Shown here: piece by piece, positions 26,601 to 40,113 of the stretch
Numbering within the stretch: position 1 is the stretch's first letter
Layout: each line of letters opens with the position of its first letter
Translations under genes and position numbers: made by a program
Notes under the pieces: model-generated
The model's database searches: none
Seen by the model: only the letters and a program-made list of their open reading frames with translations
Told to the model about the DNA's origin: nothing
Assembly (NCBI RefSeq): GCF_009914755.1
Contig: NC_060930.1
Reading direction: 5' to 3' (one strand)
DNA length: 64,000 nt
DNA from: the human T2T-CHM13v2.0 reference genome, Homo sapiens

Positions 26601-26944
26601 AAATCACTTATCTATATTCATTGAAAGAAAAGCCAAGTGCATTATCTGAAGGGCCCAAGTGGATTCATATTTATTTTTCCATTTTACTTTAGGCCCATTG
26701 ATTTTTATTACTGGCAATGTTGTTTTAATAACATACCACAGCAGATTTTTAAAACACAACATTATGATGTAATGAATTTGATGTTTGCCTTTAAAAATCA
26801 CTAATATATCCACAGGGTTGTTAAAAATATAAAATAAAATAAAAGTTCTTAAGACAAATATATTTCTGAGGAAGAATTACTTATTTAGTTATATAAGCTA
26901 GATGACTGATGAATGGAGGCTTTACTCCTCTGATTTCAAAGGAG

Positions 26945-27383
26945 TGGGAAGACCCGATCTGGAGTATTGTTTGCATTACTTGGTTTCCCATTTTCAGATA
27001 GTTATTCGCAAGCTAGGGTGCTCATAAAAGAGGATGAGAGACCAATTATGATTTATACATTACACCTCACTGAGGATAATCGAAGCCAGTGAGTATGTGC
27101 AACTTGGAGATAATATCAGTGCGAAGAGCCTTAGAAAGATTTCTTCAAATATGTGAAAGGCTAACATGGAAAAGAATGAATAGATTTCTTTCTTTATAGA
27201 TATCTCAAACCTCTAATCACCAAATGGACTTAGATCAATATAATAAGGAATATTCTAACAGTGATATCCAATGGGAAGAGTGCTTCAAGGGAAGAGATGG
27301 GTTTCTTATACTGAATTTTCCTCTGTTGTGGATGTGATAAGGGGATTTCCTAGATGATCTCTTAAAATCTCTTCAAACCTGGA
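26945..27383 (+). mobile_element. L3/CR1 LINE 3' remnant
   Basis: From 26950 it translates RPDLEYCLHYLVSHF, compared with CR1 ORF2 RPHLEYCVQFWAPHF. Also tcttcaaatatgtgaaaggct and ctagatgatctctta. Confidence 0.65.
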
Positions 27384-27702
<319 letters not shown>

Positions 27703-27786
27703 TTATATATGTGAAATTATATTGAAATAAAAGGGGTATTGTGTACTGAGTTGCTCCTTTTGCAAACCTCAGTTTGTTGACCAGAG

Positions 27787-28058
27787 CATTGGTCAACAAA
27801 GTGTAATGAGCCCACCCCATGGCTATGTATGACAATCAGTCCATTGGGACGGGGCAAGAACACATTGAAACTTCTATTGGGGTTTATTTTATTGACTTTT
27901 CTGTTTTTATATATTTGGATGATCAATATAATATTAGTGCAGTTAATTATCATTATAATTTATAAATGAATGCTTAAAGATTTTAAATGTCAAATGTAAA
28001 TATGTAACCTTTTTACTGATAGGAGTATGAAATAAAAATAAACATTTGGGGACCACTT
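27787..28058. mobile_element. hAT-Charlie-type non-autonomous element (subfamily uncertain)
   Basis: Imperfect TIRs cattggtcaacaaa and tttggggaccact, with an AT-rich interior containing aacttctatt and ttttactgatagg. Confidence 0.5.
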
Positions 28059-28791
28059 CAATGAAGTTAAAGCAGAGGAAAGTTAGTTTAGAATAAGTGC
28101 ACTGGAATCTTTTATATCTATGACAGAAATAGAGAACAACTCAAAGAAAACTTAACCTTTAGATATTTATGTTGGTCAAGTTCATGCCAATAAAGCTATG
28201 CTAGGATTAAAAACTGAAAGTATATTGGAAGAACAGGACTTGTTAGCCATATTAATGTTAAAAATTTCATACATTGTCACAGAATTAATTGCGTATGTAA
28301 ATTCGGGTGCAGTAATAATGGCATCATAGGTGAAGCACTACCCTTTCACATCTAGGGTCATGTTACATCTAACCCAAGGTTTTAACCACAATTAGTTGAG
28401 TGGTTTGGGGTTATTACCTGCCAAGCAGTAGTTCTTCATTAGAATGAATATAAAGCACATAGTTTATCACAATTAGGCTTAATTGGCTATCTTAGTCTCT
28501 GTTCAGTAGATGCCAAGAACAGAGACAGCATGGACAAAAATTCTCATCTCAATACCCAGAAAGGACAGTTTTAGGTCATTTCTTGCCAGGTTCTGTGATG
28601 GATGTGGTCTGACTTCACTTTAAAGTACTCAAACAGAGGGCATTCATAGCTAACAATACCATATTTTATTTTATCTTCCTGAGAGTTATTGACTTATCTT
28701 TATTTCTTACCCCAGCTTCTTCCTTTTTTCTCATTCTTTTCCGGTGCCATTTTTTTCCTTCCCCCACTTTCTCCCCCTCATACATGCATAT

Positions 28792-28793
<2 letters not shown>

Positions 28794-28838
<45 letters not shown>

Positions 28839-28846
28839 CACACACA
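28794..28846. repeat. (CA)n microsatellite, about 26 units with one CG interruption
   Basis: Directly visible. Confidence 0.97.
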
Positions 28847-31069
28847 GTTCTGAGGTCAATCAGGAGGCTCCAATCAAGCAATGAATACACAAGGAGGACT
28901 ATAACAGAATGATATATGATTTGCATTAATAAATGCCATTCTTGCTTTTATATTGGATTCTGAAAGAATTTTTGTATGTAGAGGATGAAAAAAAAGTGAG
29001 GAACCATTTTTACCTAAATGTTTCAAAAATATGCAGCATTTTAAATTCAGAGACTATTAAAAGAGAGAAAAACAATCAGTTTTACTTCATAATGTTGAGA
29101 GCTCTTGGCAGAGTTGTTAGAAGCACTGTAATCTATTGTGCAAATGATGCTGAAATTTTGTATCATCTCTGATCAATGAGTGTTTCTAGAGTACTTAGAA
29201 TCAAGAGAAAACAATGAAACAAATTAGTAGATGAGAGGTATAGATTTGCCTCATCCACAGGGAAACATATATTTTTAAGTCACAATGATTAATAGATCTA
29301 GACCCATCATATAGTTAAAAAAAGTATTGATTTCTCCTTCAGGCTTACCTAAGAAAAATTATGAACATGAGTTTATAAAAGCAAACGTATTGGTAATAAA
29401 CTGAGAACAGAATGACAAAATAACTTTAAAGCCAGAAAATCCTGATCAAAGTTATTCAGTAAATATGTTATTCAGTAGCTATGACACAGATTGTTCCTAA
29501 ATATAAACCAGAAGAGTATAAAATTATTTCATTGAAATACTTAGTTCTTTAATATGTTGGGTTTTTTTTTGGGGGGGGGGTTGCTGGTTTATTTGCTTTT
29601 GTGTGTTCATGTACATTAGACCAAACATACAAATAGATTATGTTGACTTCTGCCCTTAGTGAATATTATGTTTGTATTTAAAGGTTATTTTCATCAACTT
29701 TTCATCATAAAAATTGAATTATTTTCATTCTTTCTGTTTTAGTCCAGTCCCACCATTTAATTTGGACATTAAATCCTCTGAGTATAAATATGACAGTAAC
29801 ATAAATAAAATTGTAGAGGTGAAAGTAAATTGGCATATACAGTGTTTTATGCAGAAAGTATTATTACAACTACTAAATTTTCCTGTAGTTGTGCTCTAAA
29901 ATATAAACATGCAAGAGTCTTAATTTTATTTCCATTATAAGTGATAATTGTTATTGCTTGAGGTGAATGATAATATATAGTAAACAAAGAGCCCAGATTT
30001 CTATCAAAACTGAAAATCCACTTATGTGAGCAAAGATGAAAGGTCTTCTGTTTTAAAACTGAAAATCTTATGAATGGCCATAAATGTGTCTTTTAGGTAA
30101 CAATCAGTGTAGTGAGTATCTTATTTTCTGAAAACATGCTTGGAAATTTATTGAATTATTGTTACTGAGTTGTTCTGCTAGGAATTGTGAGCCCATGAGT
30201 GGAAGAAGGGTGGTGTCTTGTCAGAAATTGAAATATATATGAAGAAAACTGAGCATTTTATTACCATTTAGCTTCTTTCAGGACTACTTAACAGGACTGA
30301 TATCCCTTAGCATTGAAAACAAATGGTGTTCTCTTTAGTTATTGGATACTGCATTTAAGAATCTCTGTAAAGATAAGCACTCAGCCTTGACAATGTAAAA
30401 TCTGAAAGGAGCAACTCACAAGCTATCAGAAGAAAAGAATGAAACACAGAATTTTGTCTATTTATCAGCCCATCTACCTGAAATTATTTAGATTATTTAA
30501 AAAATTAAAGTCAAACATGCATGATCATCTTAGCACTATCATGTATGTTGAAATAAGGTTTATAACGCTTTGAACTTTACCCCTTCAGGTTACTCATCGG
30601 TGTTCTGAAACATGTGCATACAATATTCAGGTTAGAAATCATTGAGAAAAAAGAGTATTTAATTTTTAATGAGTATGCATGTCCTTATTGTCTAGAAATA
30701 GTCACTATAAAGATGTTGATGTGCGTGCAAAAGTTTGACCTTCGACATGAGCTGCCCAGCACTCACATATGCGTACAAGCCCTTGTCAGTTAACAAAGAG
30801 GATCTGAGGTAAAACTCCTAAAACAAAGGTACTACCAGCTGAAGTGCAGACAAATTTAGGAACTATGAGTAGGGTTGATCTAGTTTTCGAAATGATATTG
30901 AGCTCTTAGAGAAAATGAATAAGTGGAAAATGAATAGTTTATACTTCAGAGAAGCCCTGACAATTATAAACAGTATGAATCCACAAAACACATAAGTGAT
31001 AAATGACTATGATGATATTAAAGAAAATCCCCCAGAGTTCCTTTTTAGTCTCTTTGGTTTGATTCCTTT

Positions 31070-32425
31070 TATAAATTATTAATATTTTTATTAATTATGA
31101 AAGTAATTTTTGCCATAAGAAAAATAATGAATAAGAGAAAAGGTAACATTTCCCCTAGTTACATGCTAATCCCAATCCTCAGAATAATGTTGACAAGTTG
31201 GTATTCTTTGGACATTTGCATGTGCCTATTTAAAAATATGTATAATATATAAGTGTAATATAAATATATACAGAAACATATATGCACATATATCTAATGT
31301 AACAGGTGTCCCTTCAGCCTGATTGGTCCCATGGCTAGTAGACTTGTGAGATTTCCTTAATTATCTGCAAATAAAATGGAAACCCCATTTCCTACAAGGA
31401 AGTGTGTAGTGACTTCCCACAGGAGTCACTATTTTTTTCAGTGAAGTGCAGCATGACAGGGGACAGGGATAGGATGGTGTAACAGTCTGTGATTATTGTA
31501 AGTGACATTTTTTTTTCTTTCAGGTATACCTATACTTGCACACACATCACACCCAGACCTATACACATAAACTTTAAAAAATATCCCTAAATAATGGTGC
31601 ATGTCTGTTTCTGCTTCTTGCTTATTTCCCTCAATACATTTTGGACAGTTCTAATGTCAATACATACAAAGCTTTTTATTTCTCTCACAGACCAGTGGGA
31701 AGTATTCCATTCTGTAATGTACCAAAATGTATTTTCACTTTCCCCTTTTGATGATATCATGCCATTATTCCACAATAAAAAAAAAACGACATACCTAACT
31801 ATACATCTATCTATCTGTGTAAATATATAATATAGTCCTTTACCCACTCATTCTTATATATCTGCAGAACAAATTCCTAATATGGGATTTGACTGAAGTA
31901 TACACAACTTAAATATTTTTAGGTATGAAGACCACCGTTCCTTTGTTCATTTGCCAGTGCTGGAGTTTATCATTCCTTTAATTTGCTTGATCTAATAACG
32001 TGGAATATGTTATAGTTTCACTTCAGAATTCACAGTGAATATATTTGCATATGGTTACTGGCCATTTCTCTCCTTAAATATTTTTTTGCCCATTTCTTAT
32101 ATAGATTGTTTTATTGACTTATAAAACTATTTTATACTTTATTAATATGAGATCTTTGACTCCGTGAACATTTTCTTTTAGAATGCCATTTGTCTTTTTA
32201 ATGTGTTTATGATATCTTTCATCCTCATGAGATGTATTATTTTATGTTATTTTATTTTTACTAAAACTTGTGGTATGTTATACATTATATTAAGAAATGC
32301 CCTCTCTACTTAAATATTTTTAAAATGTCTGCTGTATTTTCATAATTCTTTCATAGTTTGTTTGCTGATTCTTGGGCCCTTAATTGTTCTCATTTATTGT
32401 GGCAGTGGTGTAAGATGGGACTTTA
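31070..32425 (-). mobile_element. Ancient L1 (L1ME-type) remnant, with an unassigned insert at about 31300-31510
   Basis: agtattccattctgtaatgtacca, aaattcctaatatgggattt, catatggttactggccattt and tggtgtaagatggga. Confidence 0.55.
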
Positions 32426-35134
32426 CTTGGGTTCATATATTTAAAGCGTTTAGAAAGGTTCTTGGGACACTAGAAACTCTTCGTGAATGTACTTTAATTT
32501 TTATTTACAATTCTGGATCAGGGTAAGTTGCAACTCCCTGAAGCACCTGCTCTGTGTGTACTGCCTTCACAGGAGGTAGGGCTACATACTGGTTGGACAC
32601 CGAATGAAAATAAGCACCTAGATTCTAGAACTTTGTATCCAGTGACTAATTTGTAACCCCAGTAACATAACTTGGTCCTCTAGGCCTCAGTTTCCTTCCT
32701 GAGAAGCTGAGAATCAATCCCCTTGTCATTTCTCAAATTCTTCTTTCACAAGCACTGATTCTATAGGGCATTTGTTTACTTGAAGAAAATAGAAGTGAAA
32801 TACATCGGAGAAATGCTGAAAGCTAAAGTAGTGGTATGTGTGTGAGAGAGTTTTGTTTTGCTTCTCACTGTAAGCCTTCCCGAAGTCATAAAGATTACCT
32901 GTGTTGTGAATCTACGTGTGTGATACAATATTTTCTAAACTTCTCTAACCACATATCCTTTTGTTCCCTCAGAACTTCTCATAAAAATTAATATCTTAGG
33001 GACTATATTTTTCGTGAACAGCAGAGTTAGATCATCTCTAAGTCCCTTTTCTTCTCTAATGTTCTGGGAACCGCATATGTTCTGAGGCTAAGCCATGCTG
33101 ATAAACAGAACTTGATTTCTGAAGTCACTCCACAGGATACACATTATTAACACCCATTTCCAACAATTACACTGTTTCTCATGATGGCCCCACATACTCA
33201 CGTATTCATTCAAAGTGTTATTACTTCCATTGCCAGGTGCCAAGATGCTGAGGACTCAGAGATACTTAAAACCTGGTGCCTTCCCTTGGAGTTCTTAGTA
33301 CCTCTGTAGTGTGTTGGGAGCACCATTTATTTCTTAGTTTTAGAGGCATATCTACTTTATAGAATCAACTACTCAGTAACCTGTGTGTATGAAAGGTGCA
33401 TGATATTTTAATATTGCAAGATGCTAAAGAGATTGCTTTGTTATTTTTTAGATAATGACTATCTTCACAGTGTAAGAAGTATTTATGTTTTGAATCCTGA
33501 TAGCCTCTAAACTGAAACATAAGTTGTTTCACTGTCAAATTTGCTTAAAATAATTATATTTTCATAGCTCTGTATTTAGCATAGCTTATGCAAGTTTATT
33601 ATATACATTTTTATGAATGCTTATTGAAAAAGTAAAGTATTGAAATATTACAGTTATTAAAAAAGCAAATAAGCCATATGATCAAGGAGCTGTTCTATAG
33701 ATCTAATTTGTGACTTAATTATTTTAAGGTAAAGTATAAAATAGCCAAAGCAAATCTAAATAAATTTGTGCAGCAGGTTTAGCATTCCTTTTGTGGTTAT
33801 TGTTGAAACTCTAGCAGGGTAATTAACAGATTGAAAACTATACTATTGTTTTGTACATTTTCAAAAGAAATTGAAGCAGTGTATTAGATGGAAGTAGTAG
33901 CTGTAGGCTACAGCTCTCTCTCTGCTGTTGGATCTGTATATCATTAACTGGAAATAAAATGACCCATTGAGGGAATACCATTTCCTCTGGATTCATATCT
34001 ATACCATACTTACTATTATTAATCGGTCTTAAATTATGCTTACATTTAAAATAACCTATTCTGCAAGTAGAAAAATGAAAAACACATAGAAAAAAATAAA
34101 ATTGAAAATTCTATGTTGTCAGGTAACATGAGCAGAATTATAGGACTGTATTATTTTGAGGCGATCTTCTAATACTATATCTAGACACTGCAATATCTCC
34201 TGCAAAACTGGAGATTTGCCTGAGACTTGGTCATCTAACCCTGAAAGCTGAGGACCAGAAACAAATGTGTAAACTTGACCTTTCCCCTGCCTACTAGGAG
34301 CGTGTTTTGAATTCTCACTATAGTCATGAATGAGTAAATGCAGAAAATGGGAGAAAGAATCTGCTTCCTGCCGTATTTCCCACTATTGTAGGAACTGAGA
34401 GAGTTTCTTCTACAGGTCCTTGTGACCACTGACTCCAACTTCTGGGTCAAGCCATCAGACAAATTCTGTCTGCAATTTAATGATCTCTAGTGAATGTCGA
34501 TTGACTTTCTAGTTTTTGATCACCAAAGGCAAGTATAATGTGGGTACGCTAAAATTCCCTTACTAAAATATTTTAGAAAATTTGTTCTAAACGTTACCAC
34601 TTTCTGGCCCACTGAGGCAAAGAGAGGAGGAGTCCCCAAAGACAAATAAAATAATAAATTAATTTAGACCCTGGGAGATTGACTGGCTTATAAAGTCCTA
34701 TGTTGGCAATTTCAATGGTCTGAACAAAGTCCGCAAAATAAGCCTGTTCCTGGCTCTATGGCTTACATATGTCCTCAAAAAGAGCAACTTGCTGATGCAT
34801 TGTAACATGAATTACCTTAGTACATTTACATTAAAATGTGACATGATATCAAAAGATTATAAGATTGCATATCTTTGTCATACTACCTGGAAAAAAATTA
34901 TGGATAAGTGTCATGTTAAAATCTTGTTCTGTCATGAATATAAGCTGAGTGTAATCACAAATGACAGCTGAAAGAGGATAGAAAAACCATCTTGACACCT
35001 AAGTGATGATATTGTTATCTGTATTCTGAATAATTTTACTTGTAACAGGTATTGCTCTGTAAGTTTGTCTTATGATCCGTGTTTTAATTCTGATGAGAGA
35101 AGAATGTTGGAGTTGAATATCATATTCCTTAACA

Positions 35135-36540
35135 TTTATTTTCCCTAATGTTAATATTGCTTCATCAGTTTTCTTTCTGTTGGTATAATATAACTATAGT
35201 CATCTCTTTACTGTAAAATTAATTCCCCATGCCATCTTGCTAAGGTTTGTCTTCTATAAATCCTGTTTAGATGTTTTTTATTTTATTAGTATTTTGAAAA
35301 ATCTTAATCTTTCAAAAAGCAAGTATCATCTGTTTATATTTATTGTCATTACTGATATTAGTGACCATTTATTTTACGTAGATGTATATGTGTTTATACA
35401 TTCTTTCCTTATTTTCTCTTGTCCTGACCTACTTTATATTGGATTCATGTTTCTTAATTCTCTTTACTGTTTCAGTGGTTTGAAAGCTATATATTCTATT
35501 TGTAGTCTTTCTAGGGTTTAACCTTAATGTGTTCACTTAATTTACAGAGCTATGGTAGATCAAAATCACTACATTACTACAAAATATTATTGGAAATGTA
35601 GAGTTCTTTAGCCTTCAGGTTAGCCTTTAGCCTTTCTCTTTTTCACTCCCTGTCTTTGCCTCTCAGCTTTCAGATACCGTCCTTATGTTACTATTTAGTT
35701 TTCTAGTTCTACTTTAAAATATTTTCCTATATTTGTCCTTTCCTTTAACAATGTTCATTTATTTACATTAATCTATAAATTGAATAATGAGGTGGTCACA
35801 ACTGCTGCATATGTTTTAGCCCTTCATTTTTATTTGGCTTTCTTCTCACTAAACCACATCCTTTAGAAGTTTCTTAAGTGCAGGTCTGTAAATAGTAACA
35901 TATCTTTGTCTTTGAAAATGTCTTTAGTTAACCCTCATTCTTTTCAATGCTAGTTGTATGGAATTCAGGATTGTTAGGTTGAAAATTCTTTTCCTTTGGA
36001 ATTATTAAGGTATTATTTCATGTATTTACCTCTTATTATTGCTGATGATAAACCTGCTGTCAATCTGTTCACCATTCCTTTACAGATCATATGCATTTTT
36101 CTTTTCTATGGCTTTTAAAGATTTTTCTTTTATGTTCTAAAATTTCACCATGGTTTCTCTAAAAGTGATTTGTTAACTGCTTTAAATTTGGCTTACTACT
36201 TGAACTTGAAGACTTATGTCTTTCTTCAGCTCTGGAAAATTATTAATCATTTTCTGTGTGATTACTGCTTCCCTTTAATTCTATCTATCCTTACCCTTTG
36301 GAATATTTTATTAAATGTATATTGCATTGATTTGTGTAGTTCTGTTTAACTTAACCACACTTATTTCCCCCCCTTTTAATTTTCTGCATTCTGGGTGGTT
36401 ATCTTGAATTGGAAGTTTCTGGAACTTTTCTTTCTCAGTAATGTATTTTTTAAGTTTTTTAAAGTTATATTTTATTTAACATATATAGGTATTGGTAGCA
36501 AAAGAGAGGTCACTTATGTTAGTTCAGTCTGCCATTATTT
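35135..36540 (-). mobile_element. Ancient L1M remnant (ORF1 C-terminus, inter-ORF region, ORF2 start)
   Basis: Minus strand 35900-36070 resembles ORF1 RLTADFSS...KNFQPRIL...KNEG.KTF. Also tttatatttattgtcattactgatat. Confidence 0.65.
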
Positions 36541-38824
36541 TAGATTTAGTTGAATTCTGTATACAAAGTTTTGACACAAAATGTGTCTTTATACTATGCT
36601 GAGACAACATCTAAAGCTTCTCAGGAATAGCAAAACTCTTTTAATTCCTTGGTCAAAAAAGGTCAACCTGGCTTCGAATGTGCTGAAAGTATAAAATGAC
36701 TCTACAAAATTACAGGGCACATTACTATTTTCTCTTTAGTGTAGCTTAATTGTGACCGTGTGTGTGTGTGTAGATACATGCGTGTGCACAGAAAGACTGA
36801 TTTCTTTCCACACTTTAATTAATTGAAGAGATGTAGATTATGCAGCCCATTTATTTACTTTTCTCCTATACACGTTTTACTTTTCTACCAACTTCAGTTG
36901 TTAATATTAGACTGTTTTCTTAATCTGTGTTGCTTTTTTATCTCCTTCTTAATTACTTTTAGAAAATTTCTCTTTTTTACTCCCTATCTTTGCCTCTCCG
37001 TTCAATATATTTTTTAAAAGTTTCCTAAATTTTGGCTTTTTGTACCTGTTACAAATTATATATACATATTAAAACTGTCATCATAGTACTAGAATAATAA
37101 AAAGCAATGCTATTATCATCAAAACCATTGAGAATGCCTTTAAATTTTATTTAGAATATCAACAATAGTTAATTGGCTAGTGCACTCATTGAAGGAGAGC
37201 CTATTTTCTCTAAAATATTTTACCAGTAGTGGGAGAAGAACTGCCACATGGCTTCTAAGGTTTTATAGATAACTCCTTGTTAACCTCAATCATTTGACTT
37301 TAGACTTTTGTGAATTCCTTTTTCCATCTTTCTTTTTTCACTTTATTTTGTTTAGATGCTGGTTTGATTGAGGTTAATAAAAAAAAAAAGAAAAGAAGAA
37401 TAGTGGTCAAAACCAAAAGGAATGAATGTGTATCTTCTGTGTAATTAAAAGTTGATGATATCTCAATATTTGCATGTAACAATATTAAATTCTAGGACTA
37501 ACACATAATATTTCAGCACATTTTAATGTTTAGGTGTCTTAAAAATACATCCATTTTGGAATAAATCTATCTTCTACAGTCTTAGCTCCGTGAGGGGATA
37601 CAGCTTCTAAAAGCATTACCTACAAAGTTTGGAACATAATAAGGAATGGAGAGAATTGTTAAAGGGAAGAGAAGGAAAGAGAGTATGCACAATGAGAAAT
37701 AATATACTGTTTGAAGAAAATAAAAGCACCATAATCTAATAAAATTCTCAGTCTTTTCAGTCATTAGAGCTTAGCTTTAGAGAGCAGTCTTACTTTGTTG
37801 TTAATTTGTTTGAGTTTTTAAACCAGACTTACTAATTTAAATATTAGTACAAAAATATTGTAACAGCCTATGCATATTTGAGAATATAAACCTCTCATCC
37901 TTTTTTCAAATACAAACCTCACATTCTTCATACAAAGTTCACAATTTTAATTCTTGTTCAAAGCTTTGTGAACATAGCTTTCAGAGTTACTAAGTCTACA
38001 AATAGTTACAGATATACAATAGGTAATGCCATTTTTATATATCTCAGGCTGCCTGTCCCCAGTAATCTAGAATGAGTAATTTCAAAAACAAGCATTCTGA
38101 CAGTTCAATATTATAATTTATTTTTATACCAAATTTTTAAAGTATTTTTTTACTTTGTAATACTATATGCTTATTCAGGACTCTAGAGAAAAGAACTCCA
38201 TTCACAAAACAATTCCTACAACGTTTTTATATGTACTTCGATGTATATCTCTATTGAGTACCACATCAGAGAAAATATAGAATGTGAATTCTGTATTATG
38301 ACTTGCAGGGAACACAAAATACTCTGACATATGATTGAAATCTGCCTAATAGCAGTAAAGTGAATCTTAGGAAGAAAATCTTAAGCATTTATTCCACAAC
38401 TCTGCAAAACAGCTTCACACTGAACCTCTGAGCCTGAAATGTGAGAAAATAAAGTGATTGAAGCCTGTCAGCAAAGAAAATCAGCCAACAGAGTGATGAT
38501 TCCCCAGACAAGAAAATTGAAACAAGTATCTCTACTGCATTAAATCTGAATCAGTTACCATTCAAAAGGAAGAAATTTTTAGATAAAGCTGAGATTTACG
38601 TGAATTAAAAAACTAAGTGTGTGTGTGTATGTGTGTGTGTTCCATTTATTTACCCAACAACCTAAGTTTAAAGAATAATTCATAATTGAGTAACATAAAA
38701 TAGCCCAATGAAATATAATAAAAGAGAACATTTAATTATTGCCACTACTACTTTAAAATGTTTGCACTCTATTTCAACCAATTATGTGCATATACATATG
38801 CACGTTTTACTGTAGCAAGTGAAG

Positions 38825-39185
38825 TCCTGGTTGCCTTTGGATCCCTTAATGCTTCCAAGATAAATTCTAAACCTCTTAACCTGCCAATAAAAGTCTTCTA
38901 CCATCTGCCTCTATTGTATCACTCCCACATTATCTCCTATTTATTCCCTACAACATAACACCTGTTCCAGCCACTGTTGTTTTCATCCTGTCCCTCAAGT
39001 GTTCTACCACCTTCTACTCCATGTGCCTGTGCATCGCCCTATCTCTTTACCTTTGCCAATGCCTTCTTCCCTCCTCCCTTCCAATTATTTAAAGAGGTAA
39101 GTTTGTGCTATCTCATCGTACCTTTCTTAACTTATTCTGCCTCAAATTAACACTTTTCTCTGAACTCCCATAGCATTTAACTATA
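38825..39185 (+). mobile_element. L2 remnant
   Basis: gataaattctaaacctcttaacctg, ctgttccagccac and ctctgaactcccatagca. Confidence 0.6.
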
Positions 39186-39438
39186 AAGATATACACATGC
39201 CTGTACAGGGCTATTACTAAATGTATTATTTAAAGATTGCTTTGTGTTTTTATTGCGATTTAAGATGTTATTGCTTTTCCAAGTTGTTTAAACATTGTAG
39301 TCATTTTTTATTGTGCTTGGATTTTGATTGGTTTCAATCCAAAATATGATCTTTAGAAATGTCTAAAACGTCTATTTAGCTATTTGTAACCTCTAAAGAT
39401 AGTAAGGTTGGTGCAGGAAATCATTTGAATGGCACTTT

Positions 39439-39742
39439 GTTTTGTTTTGTTTTGTTATGCTTTGTGACAAAGTCTTACTTTGTCACCTAGGCTGGAGTGC
39501 AGTGGCATGATCTCGACTCACTGCAACCTCCGTCTCCCGGGTTCAAATGATTCTATTCTCATGCCCCAGCCTCCTGAGTAGCTGGAATTACAGGCCTGTG
39601 CCACCATGCCCGAATAATTTTTGCATTTTTAGTAGAGATGGAGTTTTGTCACATTGGCCAGAGTGGTCTTGAACTTGTGACCTCAAGTAATCTGCCTGCT
39701 TCAGTCTCCCGAAGTGCTGGGATTACATGTGTGAGCCTGGCC
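39439..39742 (-). mobile_element. AluS (Sx/Sz-like) with a (CAAAA)n tail
   Basis: Full dimer. 13-bp TSD TGAATGGCA(C/T)TTT at 39426-39438 and 39743-39755. Has an 8-bp deletion near its 5' end and an ATTCT duplication. Confidence 0.92.
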
Positions 39743-40113
39743 TGAATGGCATTTTTAATGTGATGGTTTCAGAGTCCTTAACGAAGTAAGATATAATCTC
39801 CCATTCTTTATTACATGTCTATGATTGTGTCAAGAAGTCATTATTGCCATTTTTTTTACTTTCATGGTAAAAATAGCCATGAATTATAAGCTTTTTTTTT
39901 TTCTGCCAGCCTAAATTGTTACTTAGTGAAGATGAGAGTACAACTGATGGACTTTGATTTATTACATCTTTTTTTCCTCTAAGGCATATTTATTTCCAAA
40001 TTTGCTTAATGTTATAGTATACATGCCATCTTAATTAGATTATCATTAATTACCTAATGAGAAGAGTTTGTGTGTTGTAACAAAGCACTTACCATTAAGA
40101 AATTCCTTTGACA

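Noticed and set aside
29562-29580. T9G10 homopolymer junction
   Set aside because: It is a simple mononucleotide run, notable only as an indel or sequencing-error hotspot.
33899-33915. 17-bp palindrome AGCTGTAG-G-CTACAGCT, and a short hairpin at about 31407-31431
   Set aside because: Eight-bp arms are expected by chance at this window size.
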